Notes: generated from the sequence alone by a model not told the origin. A stretch of 64,000 bases of DNA from an uncultured virus (IMG/VR IMGVR_UViG_3300029903_000001) (IMGVR_UViG_3300029903_000001), one strand, 5' to 3'; numbered from the stretch's first letter, positions 37,713-46,638 are shown. A program made the numbers and translations.

Positions 37713-38299
37713 GCGTAGGTGAACATCGTTGCGGCGCCGCTGACGCCCGCGGGCGTGGTGACGACGACGGGGGCGACCTGGCCCGGGAGCCCGGCCGGCG
37801 TGACGAACGTCATCGACGTGTCGTTGGCGACAACAACAGCCGTTGCGCTGACGCCTCCGACGGTGACGGCGATCGCGCCGGTCAGGCCGGTACCGGTCAG
37901 GGTCACCGTGGTGCCGCCTGCATCCGGGCCCGAGGTGGGCGAGATCGAGGTGACAACAGGCGCGACGGCGACCGGGTTGACCGGGGTAATCGGCACCAAG
38001 GGCGCCTTGAGGGCGGCAGTGAGCTGGTTCAGTTTGGTAACCTGGCCCTCGATCGCCGCGGCATCGTTGGGCTGTTGCGTGGCGCCGGCGTTGAGGGCGT
38101 TCTGCAGCGCCTGGATCTCGGCGGCGATGGCGTCGGCAATGTTGTTGATGGCGGTCGAGAGGTCGGCGAGTGAAGTAGCCTGGAGGTCGGCCATGTGTGC
38201 GAATCCTTGGGTTATCGCGGTTGCAATGCGGTTGGCAGCCCGATCAACCGCGGCAAGGAGATCTTCACTGCGGCGGTCGTACGGGTCAAACCTTGACAT
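37709..38299 (-). CDS. Coiled-coil plus IPT/TIG (Ig-like) domain protein
   Basis: 'PVVTSISPTSGP..GGTTVTLTGTG' is a canonical IPT/TIG start. Confidence 0.7.
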   Translation of the reverse strand: MSRFDPYDRRSEDLLAAVDRAANRIATAITQGFAHMADLQATSLADLSTAINNIADAIAAEIQALQNALNAGATQQPNDAAAIEGQVTKLNQLTAALKAPLVPITPVNPVAVAPVVTSISPTSGPDAGGTTVTLTGTGLTGAIAVTVGGVSATAVVVANDTSMTFVTPAGLPGQVAPVVVTTPAGVSGAATMFTYA

Positions 38300-38441
38300 T
38301 TCCGGGTTCTCGGGTGCGAACGAGAACCCCCTAGCACGCCGATTGTTCCCTCGCCAGCCTATTTCCCTCGAATGGCCGGCGGGCTGATCCGCCAGACCAG
38401 CCAGCCAACCAGACCCCCGCCGATGACGTGGGCGAGGAGGT

Positions 38442-38705
38442 TCACGCCATGCCCAACGGTTTGGGGAGCAAGGGCTTGAGGTAGTCGGGAGTCTCCTCGT
38501 CGAGCACGTCACTCGCGGGTGCGCCAGTGAGCGCTTCGATGCACTGCAGGGCGAGCGCTTCGATGCACTGCAGGGCGAGCGCTTCAGCTTCCGCCGTACC
38601 CCCCTCGATTATGTAGAAAACCGCTACCGTGGCACCGCTTGCCACTTCGTACACTGAAACATGCGGCTTTGCGGCGTTGTCCGCGGTGTGAAAGTCGTAT
38701 GTCAT
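38442..38705 (-). CDS. Small hypothetical early protein with a 24-bp internal tandem duplication
   Basis: ALALQCIE repeated twice. Confidence 0.5.
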   Translation of the reverse strand: MTYDFHTADNAAKPHVSVYEVASGATVAVFYIIEGGTAEAEALALQCIEALALQCIEALTGAPASDVLDEETPDYLKPLLPKPLGMA

Positions 38706-38929
38706 GCCAAGCTACCCCTTCCGTACTGCTCGAACGTGTCCCGGATCAATTGGGAAGCCTCCTGGCGCGTTGCAAACAGCCGGGCGCCCCAAGAGCTGCG
38801 CGAGCCGATCCGCCAATGCCCGCAGCCGTCGTAGCCGACCAGCGGGGGTTCGTGGCCGGGACTGACCACCAGCTCGAACAGAGCGGGGGAGTGGCAGAGG
38901 TATTGCATTCCGGAGAGGGTGATTCTCAT
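38702..38929 (-). CDS. Small hypothetical early protein
   Basis: MRITLSG...; coupled to neighbours; AAGGA RBS. Confidence 0.45.
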   Translation of the reverse strand: MRITLSGMQYLCHSPALFELVVSPGHEPPLVGYDGCGHWRIGSRSSWGARLFATRQEASQLIRDTFEQYGRGSLA

Positions 38930-39600
38930 AGCGCGGGTTCCTTGATCTGAGTCGCTTCGAAAAAGGCGGACGCCCTTGCTGCATCGTAGGCGGCTTGGGC
39001 GGACGCCCTTGCTGCCTCGTAGGCGGCCCAGGCGGACGCCCTTGCTGCATCGTAGGCGGCTTGGGCGGACGCCCTTGCTGCCTCGTAGGCGGCTTGGGCG
39101 GACGCCCTTGCTGCATCGTAGGCGGCTTGGGCGGGCGCCGTTGCTGCCTCGTAGGCGGCCCATGCGGGCGCCGTTGCTGCCTCGTAGGCGGCCCATGCGG
39201 GCGCCGTTGCTGCATCGTAGGCGGCCCATGCGGGCGCCGTTGCTGCATCGTAGGCGGCCCATGCGGGCGCCCTTGCTGCCTCGTAGGCGGCCCATGCGGG
39301 CGCCGTTGCTGCATCGTAGGCGGCTTGGGCGGACGCCCTTGCTGCCTCGTAGGCGGCCCAGGGGGACGCCCTTGCTGCATCGTAGTAGGCGGCTTGGGCG
39401 GGCGCCGTTGCTGCCTCGTAGGCGGCCCAGGCGGACGCCGAAAGGAAGCGGTGCGCGGCCCAATCGAAATTGAAATCAGCGGCGTGCCTGATGCACAGGT
39501 CGCGGGTGACTTCCACGGAGTCGCCGAACAAGGACTTGAATTTAGCGACTTGCTCGCTGCAGGCTTTTTTAGCGCGGAGTTGTTTGAGGGTGATTCTCAT
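38926..39600 (-). CDS. Ala-rich 11-residue tandem repeat protein
   Basis: 14 units of A(W/Q)AAY(E/D)AA(T/R)A(P/S) after a short N-terminal domain. Confidence 0.75.
   Translation of the reverse strand: MRITLKQLRAKKACSEQVAKFKSLFGDSVEVTRDLCIRHAADFNFDWAAHRFLSASAWAAYEAATAPAQAAYYDAARASPWAAYEAARASAQAAYDAATAPAWAAYEAARAPAWAAYDAATAPAWAAYDAATAPAWAAYEAATAPAWAAYEAATAPAQAAYDAARASAQAAYEAARASAQAAYDAARASAWAAYEAARASAQAAYDAARASAFFEATQIKEPAL
38966..39438. repeat. 33-bp coding tandem repeat (about 14 copies)
   Basis: GCTGC(A/C)TCGTAGGCGGC core recurring every 33 bp; one unit has an extra codon. Confidence 0.9.
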
Positions 39601-39609
39601 GGCGCTCCC

Positions 39610-40131
39610 CTATCGATACACGGCAATGCCGCTGGAATAAATCGAGCTGAGGTCGAGTGTAGGACGCATCACGGGCGCAACGTCCGGCGCATGACGCGCC
39701 AGCGTCTCGGGCGTCAGAATGAACAGCGCACAGCCGCGCGGATCTCCCTGCACGTAGAAGCCAAAGCCGGGGTAGTTGGCGACGATCGCGGCCAGGCGCT
39801 TCAAGGCGCCGCGTTCGCGATCGGGAACCGATCGATAAGTGACAAAATCCTTGCCCCGGCCGTGCAGGTAATGGTGGTGTTCCATCCAGGGCGTGCCGTC
39901 GTCGTCGTGCTCGAAGCTTTCGCGCTCGCCGCTCAGCGTCGGTATGTGATCTTTCAGGCGCTTCACCTTGCGCCCGCGCACGATCGCCCATGACCCATAG
40001 CTGTTGCCGTCGCCGCATTCGAGCTCGTGCCAGCGGTGCAGCGTCATGCTGATCCGGCGCAAAGCGATGGCGTCGTGGTAGCTGATGCCGGCGGTTTGCA
40101 GTGTGTCGATGCAAGTTTGTTTGTGGAGCAT
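39610..40131 (-). CDS. Hypothetical early protein
   Basis: 173 aa; LHRWHELECG and QGDPRG motifs; AACCAAGGGA RBS. Confidence 0.6.
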   Translation of the reverse strand: MLHKQTCIDTLQTAGISYHDAIALRRISMTLHRWHELECGDGNSYGSWAIVRGRKVKRLKDHIPTLSGERESFEHDDDGTPWMEHHHYLHGRGKDFVTYRSVPDRERGALKRLAAIVANYPGFGFYVQGDPRGCALFILTPETLARHAPDVAPVMRPTLDLSSIYSSGIAVYR

Positions 40132-40158
40132 TTGAGTGGTTCCCTTGGTTGTTTGGAG

Positions 40159-40470
40159 CTAGACTTCGAGAATGGCGCCGCGCGATACGGCGAACACCTG
40201 GCTGCGCAAGGCTTGCATCGCCTCGAAATTATCGTCGCGGCGCGCGTCCAGGTAGTGCCACGCGCTAACGCCGGTATCGGTTTCTTTTACCGATGTCGTG
40301 CAGCAAGGATAGCTGTGGCCACTTTCAAGGTAGCGCGCCGGCGCGCGGCAATCCAGCGTGCGATCCAGCGTGTAGCCAAGCGCTGCAAAGCGCGCGGCGA
40401 GCTGCTTGACGGTCAAGTGTTCGGCACCGTGCGCTACGCGGTGCGCGATTTCGGTTTCGAGTGGCGTCAT
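40159..40470 (-). CDS. Hypothetical early protein
   Basis: CAAGGGAAA RBS before MTPLETE. Confidence 0.55.
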   Translation of the reverse strand: MTPLETEIAHRVAHGAEHLTVKQLAARFAALGYTLDRTLDCRAPARYLESGHSYPCCTTSVKETDTGVSAWHYLDARRDDNFEAMQALRSQVFAVSRGAILEV

Positions 40471-40511
40471 TGTCGGTTTCCCTTGTCTGTGCGCGTTGGC
40501 GCGGTTGGTGG

Positions 40512-40778
40512 TTACTTCGAAAGCTGTTGCACTTTGGCGATGGCTGCAGCCGGCGAGCTCACGCCGTCGACATAGGTGCAGAAATCTCCGCCCCGCGTCC
40601 ATACTGCATAGATGTCGCCGTGGCCCCAATAGGCACCGCCACGATCGTAATAGCCATCGCCCCCGCCGTGGCGCGCGTAGAGCTTACCCTCGCGATCCCA
40701 CATGCTCGCATCGTGACCGTGGCGGCCCATTGGGGCGCCGAACCGGCAGTTTAGTCGGGCGAAAGGATTGAAGCGCAT
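40512..40778 (-). CDS. Hypothetical early protein
   Basis: GAPMGR and YDRGGAYWG motifs; AGGGG RBS. Confidence 0.6.
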   Translation of the reverse strand: MRFNPFARLNCRFGAPMGRHGHDASMWDREGKLYARHGGGDGYYDRGGAYWGHGDIYAVWTRGGDFCTYVDGVSSPAAAIAKVQQLSK

Positions 40779-40828
40779 TGTTTGGTTCCCCTGTCGGTTT
40801 CCCTTGGTTGGCGCCTTGGCGCTGGTTG

Positions 40829-41236
40829 TCAAGATCCCATGTAAAAGTAAACGCGGCCGTCGTCGCCCTTGTAGATGTTGCCGCCGATTGTGCCAGCCTC
40901 GGAAAGCTTCTCGACTTCCGTCCAGTCGATGCCGAATTCGTCATCGTCCGAGTAGCACAGACTCTCCAGCGTGTTCAGGTCGCCGGCGATGAACTGCAAC
41001 AACAGCGCGTTGCATTCGTCCAGGGACCATGCGGCGATTGACCAATCCGCGCCGAATTCGTCGACCCATGTCACGAATTCGGCGCGGTGCGCTGCATCGA
41101 TCAGTTGCGTGGTTGCGGCTTCCTGCAGCGCGTTGCGCCAGGTTATCTTGCCGGCGTCTCGCCCTAATTCGGCAACGGACGCGGACAGCTCGTGCGTTTC
41201 GGCAGTGCGAACGAAGTCAGTGATGTCGATTTCCAT
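40829..41236 (-). CDS. Acidic hypothetical early protein
   Basis: 135 aa, Asp/Glu-rich; AAGGGAG RBS. Confidence 0.6.
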   Translation of the reverse strand: MEIDITDFVRTAETHELSASVAELGRDAGKITWRNALQEAATTQLIDAAHRAEFVTWVDEFGADWSIAAWSLDECNALLLQFIAGDLNTLESLCYSDDDEFGIDWTEVEKLSEAGTIGGNIYKGDDGRVYFYMGS

Positions 41237-41320
41237 AGCAAATGCTCCCTTGGTTGCTCCTACCGGCCTATGCCCGGTATCCTCTCGGAGCCGGGCATAA
41301 ACCGTTGGTTTGCGGTGTGC

Positions 41321-41590
41321 TCAATCGGCGTATGCCGACTCGATCCGGTCGCTGCAATGGTCGCAATACAGCATGTTGTCTTCGTAGTTGATATCCATAC
41401 CGACGACGCGCCAGCCATCGCGTGCGTGGTGCGCGATCGACTCCAGGATATTGCGCCGCTCTTTGTTGGCGCACCTGCAACATAATGACCCGCCGTCGTC
41501 GCACACGAAGTAGAGCGGGTAACCTCCAGGCCAAGCGTAGGGGCCAGTGCGAACCGCAGAACGGAATTCGGAAATGGTGTTGATTTGCAT
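41321..41590 (-). CDS. Small Cys-rich early protein
   Basis: YAWPGGYP, CCRC and CDHC motifs; AGGAG RBS. Confidence 0.65.
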   Translation of the reverse strand: MQINTISEFRSAVRTGPYAWPGGYPLYFVCDDGGSLCCRCANKERRNILESIAHHARDGWRVVGMDINYEDNMLYCDHCSDRIESAYAD

Positions 41591-41599
41591 TGTGTTCTC

Positions 41600-41818
41600 C
41601 TATTGCTTCGCGATTGCGTCGCCGTACGCCTTGCGTGCGGCTTCCCGGGCATCGTGCAGGCGGCGGAGTTCGCTACCAGGTTCGCCCCTGCCTTGGGGCG
41701 TGTAACGCACGTCACCCGCGCGCTTGCCGAACTGCCGCTGCAGTTCAGCGGACCACGCGTCGTCGGTGGTTTGCGCGAGCACGTGCTCGGGACTACCGAA
41801 TTTGAAGTTTGTAGGCAT
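41600..41818 (-). CDS. First gene of the early minus-strand operon, hypothetical
   Basis: 72 aa; GGGAG RBS. Confidence 0.55.
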   Translation of the reverse strand: MPTNFKFGSPEHVLAQTTDDAWSAELQRQFGKRAGDVRYTPQGRGEPGSELRRLHDAREAARKAYGDAIAKQ

Positions 41819-42225
41819 GGTGTGTCTCCCGTGTTTTGATCCTGCTACTATGCATTTTACAATCGGAGATGCAAGTCACGTCTTTGTGATCGGTTCGGCC
41901 CGGCCGGTGCTGTGCCTGCTTCGGTGGGCACGCGCGCTGCAAGTCGGCACAGCCGCAAGCGCTTGATATTGCTGTGGTGTTATTATTGTTACTACTGTGA
42001 CCACTTCTTTTATATAACCTAACAAAAGAAAGAGAGAAGGAAATAAGGCAACACTAGGGCACTGGCGTAACAGCGTCACGCAGCGCGTAGGAGACTCCAA
42101 GGAATCGCGTGTCACAGCGGTAACAAGTCGTCACATGGTCACAAATCTGGTATGGGAGCACCTATTTTCGCATATCACGCAGATGTGACTATGGATTGCA
42201 TAAAATCGCTGTAGGATGCATAGAT

Positions 42226-42341
42226 AAAATGTGGCAACCGAGGCTAAAAAGCCACATTTTTACTATGGTTCTTATAGCTAATAAGGCGTTTTTGTGAAAT
42301 TGGTATCGCAATACTGTCATTTTAGGTGGTATCGCAATACT
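42226..42341. promoter_or_regulatory. AT-rich control region with inverted and direct repeats
   Basis: AAAATGTGGC/GCCACATTTT (42226-35/42251-60); TGGTATCGCAATACT twice (42301-15, 42327-41). Confidence 0.55.
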
Positions 42342-42376
42342 AAAATTAGCAAAAACATAAAATGGAGGCTAAAATC

Positions 42377-42622
42377 ATGACTTTGGCTTATCTGGATAGT
42401 TTTGCGGGCATGGTTCCGGTTCGCATTGTCGCTGTTGGCGATTGGTCGGATGACGAATCGGAGGCGCGATACCAGGTTACGGCGACACGTGGCGCTTACA
42501 GGCGCGGTGAGTTCGGCACCTCAAAGCTTAGCCGACTCTGCCCGCGTTCGGCTCTGTATCGATCGCGCCAGCACTCTGGACAGTTTCGGATTCGGCCTTA
42601 CAAGTGGTCGGTGACTGGTTAA
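42377..42622 (+). CDS. Hypothetical protein
   Basis: GGAGG RBS before MTLAYLD. Confidence 0.5.
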   Translation: MTLAYLDSFAGMVPVRIVAVGDWSDDESEARYQVTATRGAYRRGEFGTSKLSRLCPRSALYRSRQHSGQFRIRPYKWSVTG

Positions 42623-42657
42623 CAGCGCCTAGTGCGCGGAAACAGGGAGCAGGGAAG

Positions 42658-42876
42658 ATGCCGAAGTTTGTAATCGAGGAAACGCTTGCGTGCTGGTGCA
42701 CTTGGCGACGCATCGTTGAAGCAGAAACCGAATCAGAAGCGTATGACTTGTTTAATGATGGTGAGGGCGATCTGCAGAACGAAGGCGCCCCCGTGATCGG
42801 GGATTGTCTTGACGGGTATGATTGTGGCCCGGAAATTGTTGGAGTGTTGAGCGACGGAGTTACGGTTTCCGATTAG
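42658..42876 (+). CDS. Small acidic hypothetical protein
   Basis: MPKFVIEE..VEAETESEA; purine-rich RBS. Confidence 0.5.
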   Translation: MPKFVIEETLACWCTWRRIVEAETESEAYDLFNDGEGDLQNEGAPVIGDCLDGYDCGPEIVGVLSDGVTVSD

Positions 42877-43171
42877 CCTTCCATCTCGCCAGATTGAGCG
42901 CTCCGGCCGAAAGGCCTAAGCGCTCTTTTTCGTTGTCCAGCGTATCGGCGGCCGAAAGCATTGGTAGCGCGCGCTCGCGGATCTTGCGCGCGAGTAGCTG
43001 CAGCGCCCATCGCGGAGGTTGGCGCCGGCCAGCTCGCCAGTTTAGTGTTGCGGTGCGCTTCGCGCGGCCGTCCAGGATCTTCACGATGTCGCTTCCGCCG
43101 GCGCCTGGTTTGAGGATATTCAGAGCTCGGGCGAATGGCGTCACGGGTTGCGAATCCAAATCGAGTTCCAT
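42860..43171 (-). CDS. Possible HTH-like protein
   Basis: 'TLNWRAGRRQPP' resembles the end of an XRE recognition helix. Confidence 0.35.
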   Translation of the reverse strand: MELDLDSQPVTPFARALNILKPGAGGSDIVKILDGRAKRTATLNWRAGRRQPPRWALQLLARKIRERALPMLSAADTLDNEKERLGLSAGALNLARWKANRKP

Positions 43172-43598
43172 ACCAGGGGAGGCTTTCTTTTCCGCGCGTG
43201 CAGCAACATAAGCCAGGCACCGGTCTGTGCACAAGCCCTAGCCGCAATCCAGCTCCTGCAGCCTGCTAACCATGCCTCTCGACCCGCATCTCTGTGTACA
43301 ACTCAAGAGTCGTACCCAAAGACTAGCCGAATATTTTTGTTTGGTAGCCAGATCAATGGCTTACTAGGCATAGCTTATGCGTGCTGTGGAAAGCCTCGAT
43401 CCCGGCCGGCTCCCGGTGGCCCGCGAGGAAAGTTAAACCTGAGCACGCACTGCCCATCGCCCCCCGGAAAAAATTTTAGTTTCCAGTCACTACCCCGCCA
43501 CCTCTAACCCCATTGCAAACCCCCACCACTTGTACTACACCCCCATCCAGTCACCCGTAACCGCCCGCCCATCAATCAAAACCGAAAGTCCGACAAAA

Positions 43599-43847
43599 AT
43601 GGCCAACGTTTACGAAGGCACTCCCGACGCCCGCCAATCGGCAGATCCCGCTCACCCCGTCTCCCGCTTCCGCCCGACCTACCGTGCGCTGACCGACTCC
43701 GAGAAGGCGCTGCACGATGACATCAAACGGGTTGCTGAGGTGCTCGAAGCCCTGTTCGCCAGGGTCAAGCCCGGCCGCTACAACGCGCTGGCGATGACCA
43801 GCCTGGAGCAGGCGATCATGTGGATCGTCAAGGAGTTGACGAGTTGA
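43599..43847 (+). CDS. Acb2/Tad1-like cyclic-nucleotide sponge (anti-CBASS/Thoeris candidate)
   Basis: YRALTDSEK...IK...GRYNALAMTSLEQAIMW parallels the Acb2/Tad1 helical pattern. Confidence 0.6.
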   Translation: MANVYEGTPDARQSADPAHPVSRFRPTYRALTDSEKALHDDIKRVAEVLEALFARVKPGRYNALAMTSLEQAIMWIVKELTS

Positions 43848-43995
43848 CCGCCAAGCCCAAGGGACCGCGCCCAGCGAGCACGTACCGGGGCTACCGGCGC
43901 AACCACAAGATCGGCGGCAGCCACCGCTGGCAGACCGCCCCCAATTTTTTAAGGCTGGAGCCTCCCCCCGTGCGGCCCAACAGGAAAGTTCGAGT

Positions 43996-44388
43996 ATGAC
44001 AAAACCGATTCTCTGCCTGGACTTCGACGGCGTGATTCACAGCTACGCGTCTGGCTGGAAGGGCGCCGATGTCATCCCTGACCCGCCGGTGCCGGGAGCG
44101 TTGGCTTTCATCGTCCACGCGATGGAACATTTCCGCGTGGCGATTTTCTCGTCTCGCAGTAACCAGCCGGGTGGTCTTGCAGCCATGCGGCAGTGGCTTG
44201 GGTACTGGTCGGTGGATCCCGAACACGGCATGGATGGAGATTTCGACCATGGTGCATGGGGAGAAATCGATTGGCCAACCGAGAAGCCACCGGCCTTCCT
44301 GACGATCGACGACCGCGCCATCACGTTCGACGGGACGTGGCCCGATGTGAAAGTATTGCTGGCGTTCAAGCCGTGGAATAAGCGCTGA
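43996..44388 (+). CDS. HAD-superfamily phosphatase-like protein
   Basis: LDFDGVIH, FSSR, EKPP and IDDRA motifs. Confidence 0.8.
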   Translation: MTKPILCLDFDGVIHSYASGWKGADVIPDPPVPGALAFIVHAMEHFRVAIFSSRSNQPGGLAAMRQWLGYWSVDPEHGMDGDFDHGAWGEIDWPTEKPPAFLTIDDRAITFDGTWPDVKVLLAFKPWNKR

Positions 44389-44984
44389 TGCTGATCGCCC
44401 GCATACCGGATGCCACGCGCGTTCTCGGCAAGGCGCAAGGCTACCTTGGCTTGCCGCTGCGCGACGAGGTGCGCAACACTACGGTCGATGGTCCCAATAC
44501 CCCGTGCATGGTGACGGCGTGGGAGCCGACACCGGACGAGCTTTTGCGTATCAACGCGGGTGCTAAGATCCACCTTGTCGTTCTCGGCACGCAGCACCCG
44601 CCGGTCATGCTGGAAGTGCCGTACCCTCCCGATCCGCAACCGTGGAAGGCTGGCGTTGACGATACCGCCGACCCGCCGATGATTGCAGCGATGCACGACA
44701 TTGCCGATCGCCTGTCGCACAGGACTCCGATGGGCGAGTTCATTCGGATGTGCCGCGCTTCTGCCGGCCTCGACCAGCGCACGCGGCTCGGTTACCACAT
44801 ACAGTGCGCGATATTGGCGAACGCCGCGGACCGGCTCGAATACATGTTTGATTCGTATTGTCCGCTGCAGGATCTGAAACTCCACGAAGACGCGGTTTGG
44901 AAATTGTCGTGGGGCTACTTCAATACGAAGCTGAAGGATGCATGGGCGGTGTTTCGCCGGAAAGCGGTGGCTCTTTATGTCTGA
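44388..44984 (+). CDS. Hypothetical protein
   Basis: 198 aa; 'TAWEPTPDEL...HPPV' N-terminal domain. Confidence 0.55.
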   Translation: MLIARIPDATRVLGKAQGYLGLPLRDEVRNTTVDGPNTPCMVTAWEPTPDELLRINAGAKIHLVVLGTQHPPVMLEVPYPPDPQPWKAGVDDTADPPMIAAMHDIADRLSHRTPMGEFIRMCRASAGLDQRTRLGYHIQCAILANAADRLEYMFDSYCPLQDLKLHEDAVWKLSWGYFNTKLKDAWAVFRRKAVALYV

Positions 44985-45174
44985 CCGGGACGCCAAACTA
45001 TGCGACATCGCCGTGCAGGTGAAGCACGAGACCGACAAGGCGTATCTCGTCAGCGACGGCGTCAAGGACGTCTGGCTGCCGAAGAGCCAGGTCGAACTCG
45101 ACGACAGTCAAGGTGACGAAGCAGCGATCGTCACGATGCCCGAGTGGCTGGCCAAGGACAAGGGACTGATATGA
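44977..45174 (+). CDS. Small SH3-like beta-barrel protein
   Basis: HETDKA, WLPKSQ and PEWLA..KGLI motifs. Confidence 0.6.
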   Translation: MSDRDAKLCDIAVQVKHETDKAYLVSDGVKDVWLPKSQVELDDSQGDEAAIVTMPEWLAKDKGLI

Positions 45175-45279
45175 CCAAAACAATAGTGATCGTCCTGCTG
45201 GCGATCGCCCTGCTGGTGCTGGCCGGCTACCTGCTGCACGTTTTCTTCGATCTGTCCAAGATGTGGGAGGGGAAGTGAC

Positions 45280-45555
45280 ATGCTGAGTTTGTGCGTAACA
45301 GAGGCAACCTACAAGGTGCTGAGGGATGTGGTCGAGCGTTCCGCTCGGCGGCACGAGTCTGGGCGGCTTGAAGCCAGGATGCGAATGGCGACTATGCCAA
45401 TGCCCCCGGATTGGCCTCGAAAGGCGGTCCCTGCCTGCGCCATCGCCGATGCTGCGTTCAACGCCAAACCCGAGATCGTACAGCCGCCTCCCGACACCGA
45501 CCGGATGTGGGATCTTCTGGTGCTGGCCGCCCGCACGTCGAGGTATGGCGAGTGA
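45280..45555 (+). CDS. Hypothetical protein
   Basis: GGAGG upstream; 91 aa. Confidence 0.4.
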   Translation: MLSLCVTEATYKVLRDVVERSARRHESGRLEARMRMATMPMPPDWPRKAVPACAIADAAFNAKPEIVQPPPDTDRMWDLLVLAARTSRYGE

Positions 45556-45935
45556 GCATCAGGGACCGCCTGCTGGAAGCTTTGAACGACACTTGCTGGC
45601 ATGATCTCACGGACGCGGGTCTGGTCGAGGCTTTGATCGCTCGCTTGCAACAGGCGGAGGCGGATGCGGTCGAAGCCCGCAGCGCGGCGTCCAAGGAAGC
45701 GCATCGTGCCCACGAGATGCAGGAAGATTTGATCCGGCAGATTCGCGAGCTGCGGACCAACCCCCTTGCCGCGGTGAGCAGAGATTTTTATTTCGACGAT
45801 TGCAAGTCGGGGGTGTTTGTCGTCTCGGTGCACGCAGGCAGGGTCACGCTGATGCAGCGCAAGGGGCGGATCGACTACGCCATGCAGCAGATCGACGCTG
45901 AAACATACGCGCGGCGCGTGACGGATCAAATCTGA
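45552..45935 (+). CDS. Hypothetical coiled-coil protein
   Basis: GTG start coupled to previous stop. Confidence 0.45.
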   Translation: MSIRDRLLEALNDTCWHDLTDAGLVEALIARLQQAEADAVEARSAASKEAHRAHEMQEDLIRQIRELRTNPLAAVSRDFYFDDCKSGVFVVSVHAGRVTLMQRKGRIDYAMQQIDAETYARRVTDQI

Positions 45936-46219
45936 TGGCCCCCACCAAACAAAAGTCGGCAGTCGACGAGACCGCTTTGCGCCGGCTGTTCGACAAGGGG
46001 CTGTCGTTCACCGAGATCGCCCGTGCGCTCGGCTCGCCGGTGACGCCGGGTGCGGTGGCCGGGATGGTCAAGCGCCTGAAGCTGCAGCGCCCGCCGAAGC
46101 CCGACCCCCTGCACCGCAAGCCCCGTCCCCCGCTCCCGCGGGCGATGAACCGGCAGGAGCTGAACGAGCTGCTGCGCCAAGCGGTGGAAAATACGCAGGC
46201 GATGCAGGAGCCCGAATGA
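45935..46219 (+). CDS. GcrA-like HTH regulator
   Basis: 'LRRLFDKGLSFTEIARALG..VTPGAVAGMVKRL' matches the GcrA N-terminal domain pattern. Confidence 0.7.
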   Translation: MAPTKQKSAVDETALRRLFDKGLSFTEIARALGSPVTPGAVAGMVKRLKLQRPPKPDPLHRKPRPPLPRAMNRQELNELLRQAVENTQAMQEPE

Positions 46220-46311
46220 CTCACTTCAAACTTCTTGCCCAGATCGACCGCGACTTGAAGAACCAGGTCCTGTTCGACTCCCTCAGACGTCCCACAAGGA
46301 GAACCCGACTG

Positions 46312-46638
46312 ATGATACACTGGTATGACCGCTTGCCGCTTTACGTCGCCCTGACCGGCCTCGCTGCCGCGTGGTTGCTTGCGCTGGCCTTTGCAGTTCG
46401 CGCCGACGAACTTCCCAAGTGCCCCGACCCCGGCGTCAAGTGCAAGATCCTGTACCTCACCGAGCAGGAAGAACAGATGCTGATGACCAAGAACGGCATC
46501 CTCGACACCGCCGCGCAGGCCCGGTCCCTCGATCTCGGCCAGTTCGCCGTCTACCTGAAGACCCGCATTGCTGCGGCGCCGGCCGGCGAGGTGAGGAAGG
46601 ACGAGAGCAAGCCCGCCGACAAGGAAGATAAAAAATAG
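46312..46638 (+). CDS. Secreted/membrane hypothetical protein
   Basis: AAGGAG RBS; hydrophobic signal-like segment ending VRA-DE. Confidence 0.55.
   Translation: MIHWYDRLPLYVALTGLAAAWLLALAFAVRADELPKCPDPGVKCKILYLTEQEEQMLMTKNGILDTAAQARSLDLGQFAVYLKTRIAAAPAGEVRKDESKPADKEDKK

Noticed and set aside
38966..39438. 33-bp repeat array as a CRISPR array
   Set aside because: Units are contiguous with no unique spacers and keep an open reading frame; it is a coding repeat
25590..41255. Recurrent CAAGGGA motif on the minus strand as a phage promoter
   Set aside because: It sits just upstream of start codons in most cases, consistent with a Shine-Dalgarno variant
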